Virus record (IMG/VR): IMGVR_UViG_3300043473_000082
Location: 1 to 47,048 of that record
Length of the DNA stretch: 47,048 nt
Strand: one strand, 5' to 3'
Source: a virus
The position numbers were made by a program, and so were the translations under genes. A model generated the notes under the pieces. It saw only the letters and a program-made list of their open reading frames with translations, made no database searches and was not told where the DNA came from. This document shows, in pieces, positions 1 to 6,940 of the stretch (within the stretch, counting starts at the first letter, position 1; each line of letters starts with the position of its first letter).

Positions 1-127
1 CGCCGCATCCGCGGCGGCCTTGTCGGCGGCCGCCTTGTCGGACGCGGCCTTGTCGGCGGCGGCCTTGTCGGCAGCAGCCTTGTCGGCGGCAGCCTTGTCG
101 GCGGCTGCCTGGTCCTTAGCCGCCTTG
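1..127. repeat. Terminal overlap identical to 46922-47048 (circular closure / assembly overlap)
   Basis: Read directly: the first and last 127 nt of the window are the same string. A minus-strand ORF stays in frame across the junction. Confidence 0.9.
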
Positions 128-315
128 TCGGCGGCGTCCTTGTCGGCCTTGTCCTTGTCGATCTGCGTGAAGTAATCCCTCTTGTTACCGACATTTGTCA
201 TGCCCTGGTACACATCGCCGGTCACCCGATCGATCGCATAGCCCGGCCGCTCGGTCATGTCGTACCGGGTATTTGGATCAAAACCGCCCCCGCCGCCGCC
301 ACCTTTACCGCCCAT
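1..315 (-). CDS. Gly-start (MGGKGGGG) virion-module protein, paralog B; N-terminal part of a gene that wraps the junction (remainder is 46703-46921)
   Basis: ATG at 315-313 (rc). Manual translation: MGGKGGGGGGGFDPNTRYDMTERPGYAIDRVTGDVYQGMTNVGNKRDYFTQIDKDKADKDAADKAAKDQ(AAADK)n. 105 codons end exactly at base 1 and continue at 46921, giving 177 aa in total. Absent from the ORF track because it is split. Confidence 0.8.
   Translation of the reverse strand, partial: MGGKGGGGGGGFDPNTRYDMTERPGYAIDRVTGDVYQGMTNVGNKRDYFTQIDKDKADKDAADKAAKDQAAADKAAADKAAADKAAADKAASDKAAADKAAADAA
11..160 (-). repeat. 15-nt-period tandem repeat (GCCTTGTCGGCGGCN), in frame as an (A-A-A-D-K)n tract
   Basis: About 9 consecutive imperfect 15-mers visible on the plus strand. 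Codes DKAAADKAAADKAAS... in paralog B. Confidence 0.85.
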
Positions 316-324
316 GTTCGGTCC

Positions 325-825
325 TCACGTCTGCGTGGTGGTTAGAGAAGATGATTTGGTCGACGGCCCCTTTTTGTAGCTGTCGATGCCGCCGACCCAG
401 TACTTCGGCGGGTTTAAGATCGAACCACCGAGCACGTCGCCGGTCGGCTGATCGATGGCGCCACCAGGGTCTACGGGTGTCGGCGCCGGGTCGGCTGCCG
501 CCGGCGTCACCACAGGATCGTCCGGCTTCTTCTCCGGCTCGGGCGCGACGGGTGTAGGTGTATCTGCGGCGGGTACGGCCGCTGCGGCCGGAGGGGCTGC
601 GCCGTACAGCTCGGTGAACATCGACTGCATCCAGGGGTCGACATAGCCACCTGGCGTTCTGGTGTCGGCCTTGTTTTTGGCGCCGCCCGCATTGGCGTAC
701 CAGTCCGCCTCGTTGGCAAAATCCTTGCGGTTCGCCTCAAACAGCGGCTTGTAATAGGCCTGCTGCGTCGGGTCTTTGACATCCCAACTGGTCGTCTGGC
801 CGCCGCCGCCACCCTTGCCACCCAT
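325..825 (-). CDS. Gly-start (MGGKGGGGG) virion-module protein, paralog A, with PPKYWVGG C-terminal motif
   Basis: ORF track 325-828. The ATG at 825 overlaps the GNAT stop (TGATG) and gives MGGKGGGGGQ as in the paralogs. Pro/Ala-rich middle; C-terminus GDVLGGSILNPPKYWVGGIDS...TTQT. Confidence 0.8.
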   Translation of the reverse strand: MGGKGGGGGQTTSWDVKDPTQQAYYKPLFEANRKDFANEADWYANAGGAKNKADTRTPGGYVDPWMQSMFTELYGAAPPAAAAVPAADTPTPVAPEPEKKPDDPVVTPAAADPAPTPVDPGGAIDQPTGDVLGGSILNPPKYWVGGIDSYKKGPSTKSSSLTTTQT

Positions 826-1334
826 CACAGCACCTTCCTGAAAACAGTGCCGACATAGTCGGCACCGAAGTGCCGGCCGATCATGTTCATCAGCGAGTTC
901 TGCTCCGGCATGCCGGAAGCGATCGGGAAGTTCATCACCTTGCAGCCTTCGCTCTTGGCCAGCGTCAGCACCAGCGCCACCAGCCGGCGGCCGAGGTCGG
1001 TGCGGTGATATTTCTTGACCACATAGGTTTCATCCATCACCGCGATCGGATCGGTGAAGACGTCGAAGGTGTGGTAGCTGCACAGGCCGACCAGCTCGTC
1101 ACCGTCCATCGCGATGACGTAAGGCGCGTAGCCGGAGCCGATCGCGCCGAACAGATACCGCTGCGCTTTCTCCGCGTGGAATTGCAGATCCCTGGCCCAG
1201 CAGGAGCGCGCGAAGAAGTCGCCGAGGAACGGCACGATCTTCTCGACGTCACCGACCTCGGCCAGCCGCAACTCAATGTGCGGTGTGGCTGTTGTTCTGC
1301 GCCGCGTGGTCGGCACTGGCACTGCCATGTTCAT
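825..1334 (-). CDS. GNAT-family N-acetyltransferase
   Basis: 169 aa. ...VGLCSYH..ETYVVKKYHRTDLGRRLVALVLTLAKSEGCKVM... fits the GNAT acetyl-CoA-binding region (R/Q-x-x-G-x-G/A-like RTDLGRRL). SD AGGTGG lies 7 nt before the ATG at 1334. An alternative TTG start at 1271 is possible. Confidence 0.75.
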   Translation of the reverse strand: MNMAVPVPTTRRRTTATPHIELRLAEVGDVEKIVPFLGDFFARSCWARDLQFHAEKAQRYLFGAIGSGYAPYVIAMDGDELVGLCSYHTFDVFTDPIAVMDETYVVKKYHRTDLGRRLVALVLTLAKSEGCKVMNFPIASGMPEQNSLMNMIGRHFGADYVGTVFRKVL

Positions 1335-1794
1335 CTCTGAGCCACCTGTAAGCCGTGAAATCTTCGCCGCCTGTACCGTAGCCTCGCAGCAGCCCCTCCG
1401 GCTCTGCGCCGATCAATCCCATGAAGCGCGCAACGTCATCCCGGCGCGCCATGGCGGCGGCCTCGACCCGATGGTAGCCGTTTTCACCTAAGAAAGGCAG
1501 CACGAAGCCCCGGATCTGGCGCAGCATGGGTATCACCGCCCTGGGCCACGCTTCGGTGCCGAAAGCGAAACCGGCGCCCACACCCTCGCGGCGGTTGACC
1601 AAACCCCAGATCGCGATCGGCCCCGTCTCGTAATCGAACGCGCAGAACGCGAATACCTTGTGCCGCATGATAACCGCAGGCAGCGTGTTGAGATCGACGC
1701 CGGACGCCATCATCTCCCAGTGATCTTCCATGCGAAGATTCTCCAGCACCGCATGGATCATGCCGCGATCGGCGTGGGTGATGTCGATGCTCAT
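1273..1794 (-). CDS. T7 gp13-like (DUF2833-like) small virion-module protein, possibly acetyltransferase-fold
   Basis: An internal ATG at 1794 forms an ATGA overlap with the upstream stop at 1791. 173 aa, MSIDITHADRGMIHAVLENLRMEDHWEMM...PIAIWGLV...FAFGTEAW. Follows the nozzle gene, as gp13 does in T7-like maps. The family call is from memory of the sequence pattern. Confidence 0.6.
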   Translation of the reverse strand: MSIDITHADRGMIHAVLENLRMEDHWEMMASGVDLNTLPAVIMRHKVFAFCAFDYETGPIAIWGLVNRREGVGAGFAFGTEAWPRAVIPMLRQIRGFVLPFLGENGYHRVEAAAMARRDDVARFMGLIGAEPEGLLRGYGTGGEDFTAYRWLRDEHGSASADHAAQNNSHTAH

Positions 1795-3230
1795 CCGCTC
1801 TCCGATACCTGGTAATGCACCACCATGTTGGAGAGGATCTGCGGCCCGGGCTGGCGTTCCGCCACCGGCGTGCCGATCGGGTTGGAGCGCAGCCGCAGCG
1901 ACATGTGGGTGGAGTGGCCAACGATGGGGAAGCGGCCCTGCAGGAACGAGGAGCCGTCGAATAGGCCGACATAATCCTCGCTGTAGGGATCTTCGATGTT
2001 GAAGGCGCAGGACACCTCCCACGGCAGGCCGGTGCAGGTGGCGTCCAAGCCAGTAAAAGTCTTGAAGGTGGCGACGTTCTCGCCGGCGTGAAACGGAAAC
2101 ACCAGCTCGACATAGCAGTCGTCGTAGACCGGGCCGTCTTCCGAGATGCCGCCATAGGCGTAGACCATGTTCGCCGTGTCGCGCACCACCACGCGGTTAT
2201 CGTGGACGGCGGCGGCGGTGATGGTGAAGCCGGGATCGTACTCGGACCAGGCGGTGATCTTAGGCCCGGGGAACGCGGAGAGGATGTAGATGCGATCGGG
2301 GAAGATGATCCAGAACCGCCCGGTCACCGGCTGCAACAGCGCGATGATGCCGCTCATCCAGTCCTCGCCCATGTAGCGGAAGAGATCCTGGATGACAGGA
2401 TCGAGCGGTGAGCCGATGTCGGACACCGCGGCCGCCAGTGAAGAATTCCGCGCGCGCAGGCTGCGGATGCCGGAGGCTGAGACGTACATGACATCGCCGG
2501 AGCCGTATTGCAGTACGCTGCGCCAGGCCATGGTGCCGGCTTGCCGCAGGGTCTGGACGTATTGGTTCTTCTCCGGCAGCGGGTCCATCACCCAGAGCTG
2601 GGTGGCGGTCTTCGACATGATCGCCAGCTTGTCGTAGTAGACCTCCAACGCGATCGCGTCGGTCATGTCGGAATCGCCAAGCGAAAGATCGATAAACCCG
2701 GAGCCATCCTGCACCGTGTTCGGCGGCGGCTGATACCACATCGCCGGATTGCCGGTGGCCGAGAAGTGCAGCACGTTGCCGCCGACGGCGTACATCTTGG
2801 TCTTGTAGGTCTTGCAGTAAAAGCCGTTGGCGGTCGGCACGTTGATGCCGTCATAGTAGCGGCCGATATTGCCGGCGCTGTCCTTCCACAGGATCGCGAA
2901 CACCTTGTCATCGAAGATGTCGAAGTCGATGATCTCGTAGATCGTGGTGGTGGCCTGGCCGAGCACGCCGATCGACCACAGGCCGGCGGGCGGCTCGGTC
3001 TTGTAAGGACCATTTGGGCCGAACGTGTAGAGCTTCTGGTTGACCTCGACCAGGCCGCGGCTCTGCGGCGAGCATTCCCAGAACGGCACGAACGCCATGC
3101 GCTTTTCGATCTCGCCGCCGGGGGTGATGTGGCAGTTGATCATGCTGCGCAGCGTGCCGGCTGGCGCGGTCAGTTCGGAACGTCGGATGTCCAGCCCGGC
3201 TGCGAAGTCCGTGATCGTGAAGTATGGCAA
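1791..3230 (-). CDS. Putative tail tubular/nozzle protein (gp12-like position)
   Basis: 479 aa. TTG start preceded by GGAGG. Sits between the adaptor-like and gp13-like genes. No motif recognised; the call is positional. Confidence 0.55.
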   Translation of the reverse strand: MPYFTITDFAAGLDIRRSELTAPAGTLRSMINCHITPGGEIEKRMAFVPFWECSPQSRGLVEVNQKLYTFGPNGPYKTEPPAGLWSIGVLGQATTTIYEIIDFDIFDDKVFAILWKDSAGNIGRYYDGINVPTANGFYCKTYKTKMYAVGGNVLHFSATGNPAMWYQPPPNTVQDGSGFIDLSLGDSDMTDAIALEVYYDKLAIMSKTATQLWVMDPLPEKNQYVQTLRQAGTMAWRSVLQYGSGDVMYVSASGIRSLRARNSSLAAAVSDIGSPLDPVIQDLFRYMGEDWMSGIIALLQPVTGRFWIIFPDRIYILSAFPGPKITAWSEYDPGFTITAAAVHDNRVVVRDTANMVYAYGGISEDGPVYDDCYVELVFPFHAGENVATFKTFTGLDATCTGLPWEVSCAFNIEDPYSEDYVGLFDGSSFLQGRFPIVGHSTHMSLRLRSNPIGTPVAERQPGPQILSNMVVHYQVSESG

Positions 3231-3243
3231 ACGACTACCTCCA

Positions 3244-3987
3244 TCAGCCGGGGATGTAGTCGATGTATGGCACAGCGCGGCGGCTCTTGTCCGGGTCGTT
3301 GCCGCCGCGGTAGATGCCGCCCATGTTGTAGTTCGCGCGCTTGTCCGCGCCCTGGTCTGCCAGCAGACGCCGCAGGTAGTTCTGCGCCTTGGTGAGCTTC
3401 ATGGACGCCGCTTCGTTCTTCTGGGTCGCCATCACCTCGGCCGCCGCAAACAGCACGATCGCCTTGCTATCGATCACGCAGGTGTCGGTGTCGTTGACCA
3501 GGCGATTTAACGGCGCCATGCCTTCGAAGCGGATCAACATGTCATCGGTCGAGGGTGCCGGGATCAGTTCGAACTGGCCGTCGGGTTTGGTGAGCGGCGG
3601 ATTGACCGTGAGGTCCATGCCGACCACATTGCGCCAGCGCGCCGGCGTGCCGAGGCCGACGCCGGACGGCTTGATCATCCAGGGATCGATGCCGTAGGTC
3701 AGCCGCCGCCATTCCGAATTCATGCTGGTCGCGACCCACAGGTTCTGCACCTGTTCGAACAGCATGATCTCGGGGAAGTCGTAGGTGGTCTGGCCGGCGG
3801 TCAGCCCCATGTCCAGCCACAGCTTGAGGTGCTGCCAGTTATAGGCGTCCCACAGCTCGCGCTGCTGGCGCGCCAGGATGATGTCCAGCGAGCTTTGCGC
3901 TTGTGTGCCTTGCGCCGGGTTCATGCTGGTGCCGGTTTCGGCCCGCAGTTCCCGGCGTAGCTCCAGCAGTGTTACCCCTAGCGGCAT
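3244..3987 (-). CDS. Putative head-to-tail adaptor / tail tubular A-like protein
   Basis: 247 aa. The start overlaps the upstream stop (TGATG). The N-terminus LLELRRELRAETG...LDIILARQQRELWDAYNW resembles podovirus adaptor proteins. Mainly positional. Confidence 0.5.
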   Translation of the reverse strand: MPLGVTLLELRRELRAETGTSMNPAQGTQAQSSLDIILARQQRELWDAYNWQHLKLWLDMGLTAGQTTYDFPEIMLFEQVQNLWVATSMNSEWRRLTYGIDPWMIKPSGVGLGTPARWRNVVGMDLTVNPPLTKPDGQFELIPAPSTDDMLIRFEGMAPLNRLVNDTDTCVIDSKAIVLFAAAEVMATQKNEAASMKLTKAQNYLRRLLADQGADKRANYNMGGIYRGGNDPDKSRRAVPYIDYIPG

Positions 3988-4451
3988 CAGGCCTCCTTGG
4001 CGACTTCAGCCTTGCGTCCGCGCGGTTTGAAGATCGGCTCAAGTGCGGCCGCGGCCAGGTTCTTGGCCACCTCGTCCTCGCCGCCGTCATCTTCTTCGTC
4101 ATCGCCGTTGCCCGGCTTCGGCTCCTTGGTCGATACTTTCGTGCCGTCCGCGTAGCGCGGCAGGTCTTCCTCGCCGGTCATCATGAAGTCCATGCGGAAG
4201 GCCCGCCCCGGAAAGCACGTCTCGACAACCCGGGGGCCGTAGATGCTGGTCAGGCGATTCTTTTCGTCCGTCGGCCAGACCTCGCCGATGCCGCACGGCA
4301 TGATGTCCATGACGTTCTCTTCGCCGTGCAGCTGCATCAGCACCTGTATTTCAGGCCAGGTCACCGGGTTGAATTCGTTGTAGATCACGGTGTGGCAATT
4401 CTGCCCCGCGAGATTGATCTTGCAGGTGCAGTACTGGATCTTCTTGGTCAT
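3987..4451 (-). CDS. Hypothetical head-module protein with acidic C-terminal tail
   Basis: Internal ATG at 4451 (MTKKIQYCTCK...), ATGA-coupled to the upstream gene. The 37-aa N-terminal extension in the ORF track overlaps the upstream CDS and is Arg/Gly-rich. 154 aa with a DDEEDDGGEDE tract. Confidence 0.7.
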   Translation of the reverse strand: MTKKIQYCTCKINLAGQNCHTVIYNEFNPVTWPEIQVLMQLHGEENVMDIMPCGIGEVWPTDEKNRLTSIYGPRVVETCFPGRAFRMDFMMTGEEDLPRYADGTKVSTKEPKPGNGDDEEDDGGEDEVAKNLAAAALEPIFKPRGRKAEVAKEA

Positions 4452-4684
4452 TGACCGTTCCTCTTCGTTGTGGCCGCTTTGACCGCCCACATCGCCGCCT
4501 CTTCGTAGGCGGTCTGCGCCAGGCTGGCGAGCCGCGGCTCCAGCTCCTTCAGATCCTCGCACAGATCGATCAGGTCGGCGGTGTGCCGCTTGAGCTTATC
4601 AACCAAGTTGTCTTGGCTCGGGTTGAACGATTCGCGCACGCGGTGTGCGCCGATCGATCCCTGTGTCTGGTGTTGATCAGGCAT
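4448..4684 (-). CDS. Small helical protein next to the capsid gene; candidate Acb2/Tad1-like hairpin (nucleotide-sponge) protein
   Basis: ATG at 4684 preceded by AAGGAGACTCC. 78 aa: ...ESFNPSQDNLVDKLKRHTADLIDLCEDLKELEPRLASLAQTAYEEAAMWAVKAATTK. The pattern FNPS..V..LK...A.LID ... SLA.T..EEA.MWAVKA is recalled from that family. Confidence 0.7.
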   Translation of the reverse strand: MPDQHQTQGSIGAHRVRESFNPSQDNLVDKLKRHTADLIDLCEDLKELEPRLASLAQTAYEEAAMWAVKAATTKRNGQ

Positions 4685-4706
4685 GGAGTCTCCTTGCTGG
4701 AAAATC

Positions 4707-4736
4707 GGGGCCGCGAAAAAATTTTTTCGCGACCCC
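4707..4736 (-). terminator. Rho-independent terminator downstream of the major capsid gene
   Basis: On the minus strand: GGGGTCGCG-AAAAAATTTTTT-CGCGGCCCC followed by GATTTTCC. Starts 9 nt after the capsid stop. Confidence 0.75.
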
Positions 4737-4744
4737 AAAGAGGG

Positions 4745-5863
4745 TCAGGCAATATCCATGACCACGGCGCCGTTCAGGCGTCGGGCACAGAGCTGGCCTG
4801 TCGAGGTGATCGCGCGGTAGATCACATACTTGTCCGGCGCGCGATCGGGTGAGTGCTGGTGCCGCCACTCGTCCTGCATGGCGACCAGGAAGATGTCGCG
4901 GTTGTCCCACCAGTAGCAACGCTTCGATTTGCCGAGCGCGTCGAGCGAGGGGTCGTACTCGAAATCGGTTCCCATATAGGAGATCTTGCCGACCGAGATG
5001 TCCTTGCCTGATGCGAAGCCCTGCATCGAGTAGTTGCCGTTGGCGCGCAGCTCGGTTTCGAGAGCGCCTAACCAGTCACTGCCACAGAGAGCAGTATTGG
5101 GCTTGGCGCCGAACCGGGTGAGCTGGCGGTATTCCTTCTGCAGCAGCGTGATCAGCGCGCCGCCATTGGTGGTGTTGGACGTGATCGGCCCGCCACCCCA
5201 GGCAGCCAACGCCGGCGTGGTGCCGACGGCAGTGCCCATCGCCGCGGTGTAGGCGCGGTTTCTCCACCAGGTCCGCTGCGCGCGGTTGATGCCGGCCACG
5301 ATGCCCACGCTCGGATCGTCGGTGACCAGCGCCGCCATACCCGCGAGCGCCTTGGGATCGCCGGCGCCGTTGGTCCACAGCAGGTTGTTCATGCCGCGGG
5401 CGTACTGCTCGGAGACGTCCTGGAGCGCGTCTTCCAAGAGGCCGACCAGGACGGTGTCGTCACGGCCGGAGTGCTCGTTGGTGTCGTCCATGTTGCCGGA
5501 ATCGGTGACGCTGATGCCGTCGGACTTCAGTTCCGAATGCGTCAGCATGATGCCGATGTGGTGCTCCTTCCAGGGGAACACCGCCTGGGTGAGGTTGGCC
5601 GGGGTGTAATAGTTGACGGTGTCGGCAAGCTCGTAACCGACCAATTGATCGGCGGTGCCGGGCGCTGCGGTGTTACCGAAGTCGCCCTTCACGCTAACGA
5701 TAATATTTCCCTTGCCGCCGGGGAATGTCTTCTTCTTGCCCTCCATCGCGGCGAGCAAGGGTTTCTCTTGGATCGCTTCCTGGAACGCGGTGCCTTTGTT
5801 CAACCACCAATCGAGGGCGGCCGTCGTAATATGATTCAGCAGTGGAGCTGTATAGGTAGGCAT
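4745..5863 (-). CDS. Major capsid protein
   Basis: 372 aa. Lies directly after the scaffold-like gene and before a strong terminator. Composition and size are typical of HK97-fold capsid proteins. Positional. Confidence 0.75.
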   Translation of the reverse strand: MPTYTAPLLNHITTAALDWWLNKGTAFQEAIQEKPLLAAMEGKKKTFPGGKGNIIVSVKGDFGNTAAPGTADQLVGYELADTVNYYTPANLTQAVFPWKEHHIGIMLTHSELKSDGISVTDSGNMDDTNEHSGRDDTVLVGLLEDALQDVSEQYARGMNNLLWTNGAGDPKALAGMAALVTDDPSVGIVAGINRAQRTWWRNRAYTAAMGTAVGTTPALAAWGGGPITSNTTNGGALITLLQKEYRQLTRFGAKPNTALCGSDWLGALETELRANGNYSMQGFASGKDISVGKISYMGTDFEYDPSLDALGKSKRCYWWDNRDIFLVAMQDEWRHQHSPDRAPDKYVIYRAITSTGQLCARRLNGAVVMDIA

Positions 5864-5880
5864 GGTCGCCTCTCAAATGG

Positions 5881-6888
5881 TTAGAGGCGCGCTCCTTCCC
5901 GGGCGAACCTGACTGCTTCCAGCAGCGAGGTCGGCTCAGGCGAATTCGCGCCGGCGGTACGTCCGGTGCTGCTCGGGTTTCTGTATGTGGCGCGGCGCTG
6001 GGGTGCCCAGGCTTTGAACTGCTCGTTGACCCGGCGATACGCCTCCTGGGCGATCTGAATGCCGTGCTCGGGCGACCGGGGAGCGCCTTGTTCGCGCATC
6101 ACGGCCCACATCATCTGCTGAACAGCGTTTTTCTTCGCCGCGTAATCGGGGTCTTTGCGCGCAACCTGCGCTTCCCAGGCATTGACGGTGTTCGTCACCT
6201 GATTCGCTAGCACTTCTCGCTGTGCTGCCTGTTGCTGTACCGATGCCGACTGCTGGTGCTGCGCAAGCGCAGCCTGCTGGCGAACCACGTTGGTTTGCGC
6301 CATCGCCTTGTCCATGCGCTCGCGCGAGTACATGGCCGCGGCCTGGGTCGTCATGTGCCCCTGAGCGACCTGCGCTTGCAGGTCCGGGGGCAACGATATG
6401 CCAAGGTACTCTTCGCAAAGCTTCACGTAGGGCCGAACCCCCTCGTAAAACTTATGGAAATTCCCTTGCCGCATCGCGGCCATCAACTCCAGGCCCATCA
6501 GAAAATCGTCCTGCCCGATGTCATGGGTGCGGAGATACTGGGTGACCTGGTCGGCAGCTTGTGCGCTCGGCTCTAACGCCTTCAACCGCTGAACTTCGGC
6601 AGCCAACTTCATGCGCTGCTTGTTCAGCTTCGAGACTCGACGCTTCGCGCTTTGCGAAAGTTTAGCTAGCTCCTCGGGAGGCGCTTCTTCCGGCAAGTCG
6701 GAATCATCGTCCCGTGCGGCTTGGGCTGGCGAACCCCGGTCGCCGTCGTCATCACGATTGGCGTTGATACGCAGCTCGGGGACTGCGTCCTGCATCGCTT
6801 CGTGAAGACTCTGGCCGCCTGTACCTGGCGAAGGTACGTTTTCGACGGACGTGGCTATCGCGGTGGATAGCTTGTCGTCTTCTGCCAT
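5881..6888 (-). CDS. Scaffolding protein
   Basis: 335 aa, Ala/Gln/Glu-rich predicted helical protein between portal and capsid genes. Confidence 0.6.
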   Translation of the reverse strand: MAEDDKLSTAIATSVENVPSPGTGGQSLHEAMQDAVPELRINANRDDDGDRGSPAQAARDDDSDLPEEAPPEELAKLSQSAKRRVSKLNKQRMKLAAEVQRLKALEPSAQAADQVTQYLRTHDIGQDDFLMGLELMAAMRQGNFHKFYEGVRPYVKLCEEYLGISLPPDLQAQVAQGHMTTQAAAMYSRERMDKAMAQTNVVRQQAALAQHQQSASVQQQAAQREVLANQVTNTVNAWEAQVARKDPDYAAKKNAVQQMMWAVMREQGAPRSPEHGIQIAQEAYRRVNEQFKAWAPQRRATYRNPSSTGRTAGANSPEPTSLLEAVRFAREGARL

Positions 6889-6940
6889 GGTGCGGTTCTC
6901 CCGGTGCCGTCTGGCACCTGTGGTCGATCAATAAGCCAAA

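Noticed and set aside
1273-2022. The 249-aa version of the gp13-like ORF, plus the overlapping 223-aa ORF 1484-2155.
   Set aside because: The N-terminal 76 aa of the 249-aa version overlap the 3' end of the 479-aa gene and are Arg/Pro/His-rich. The internal ATG at 1794 gives a classic ATGA coupling. ORF 1484-2155 is an out-of-frame shadow.
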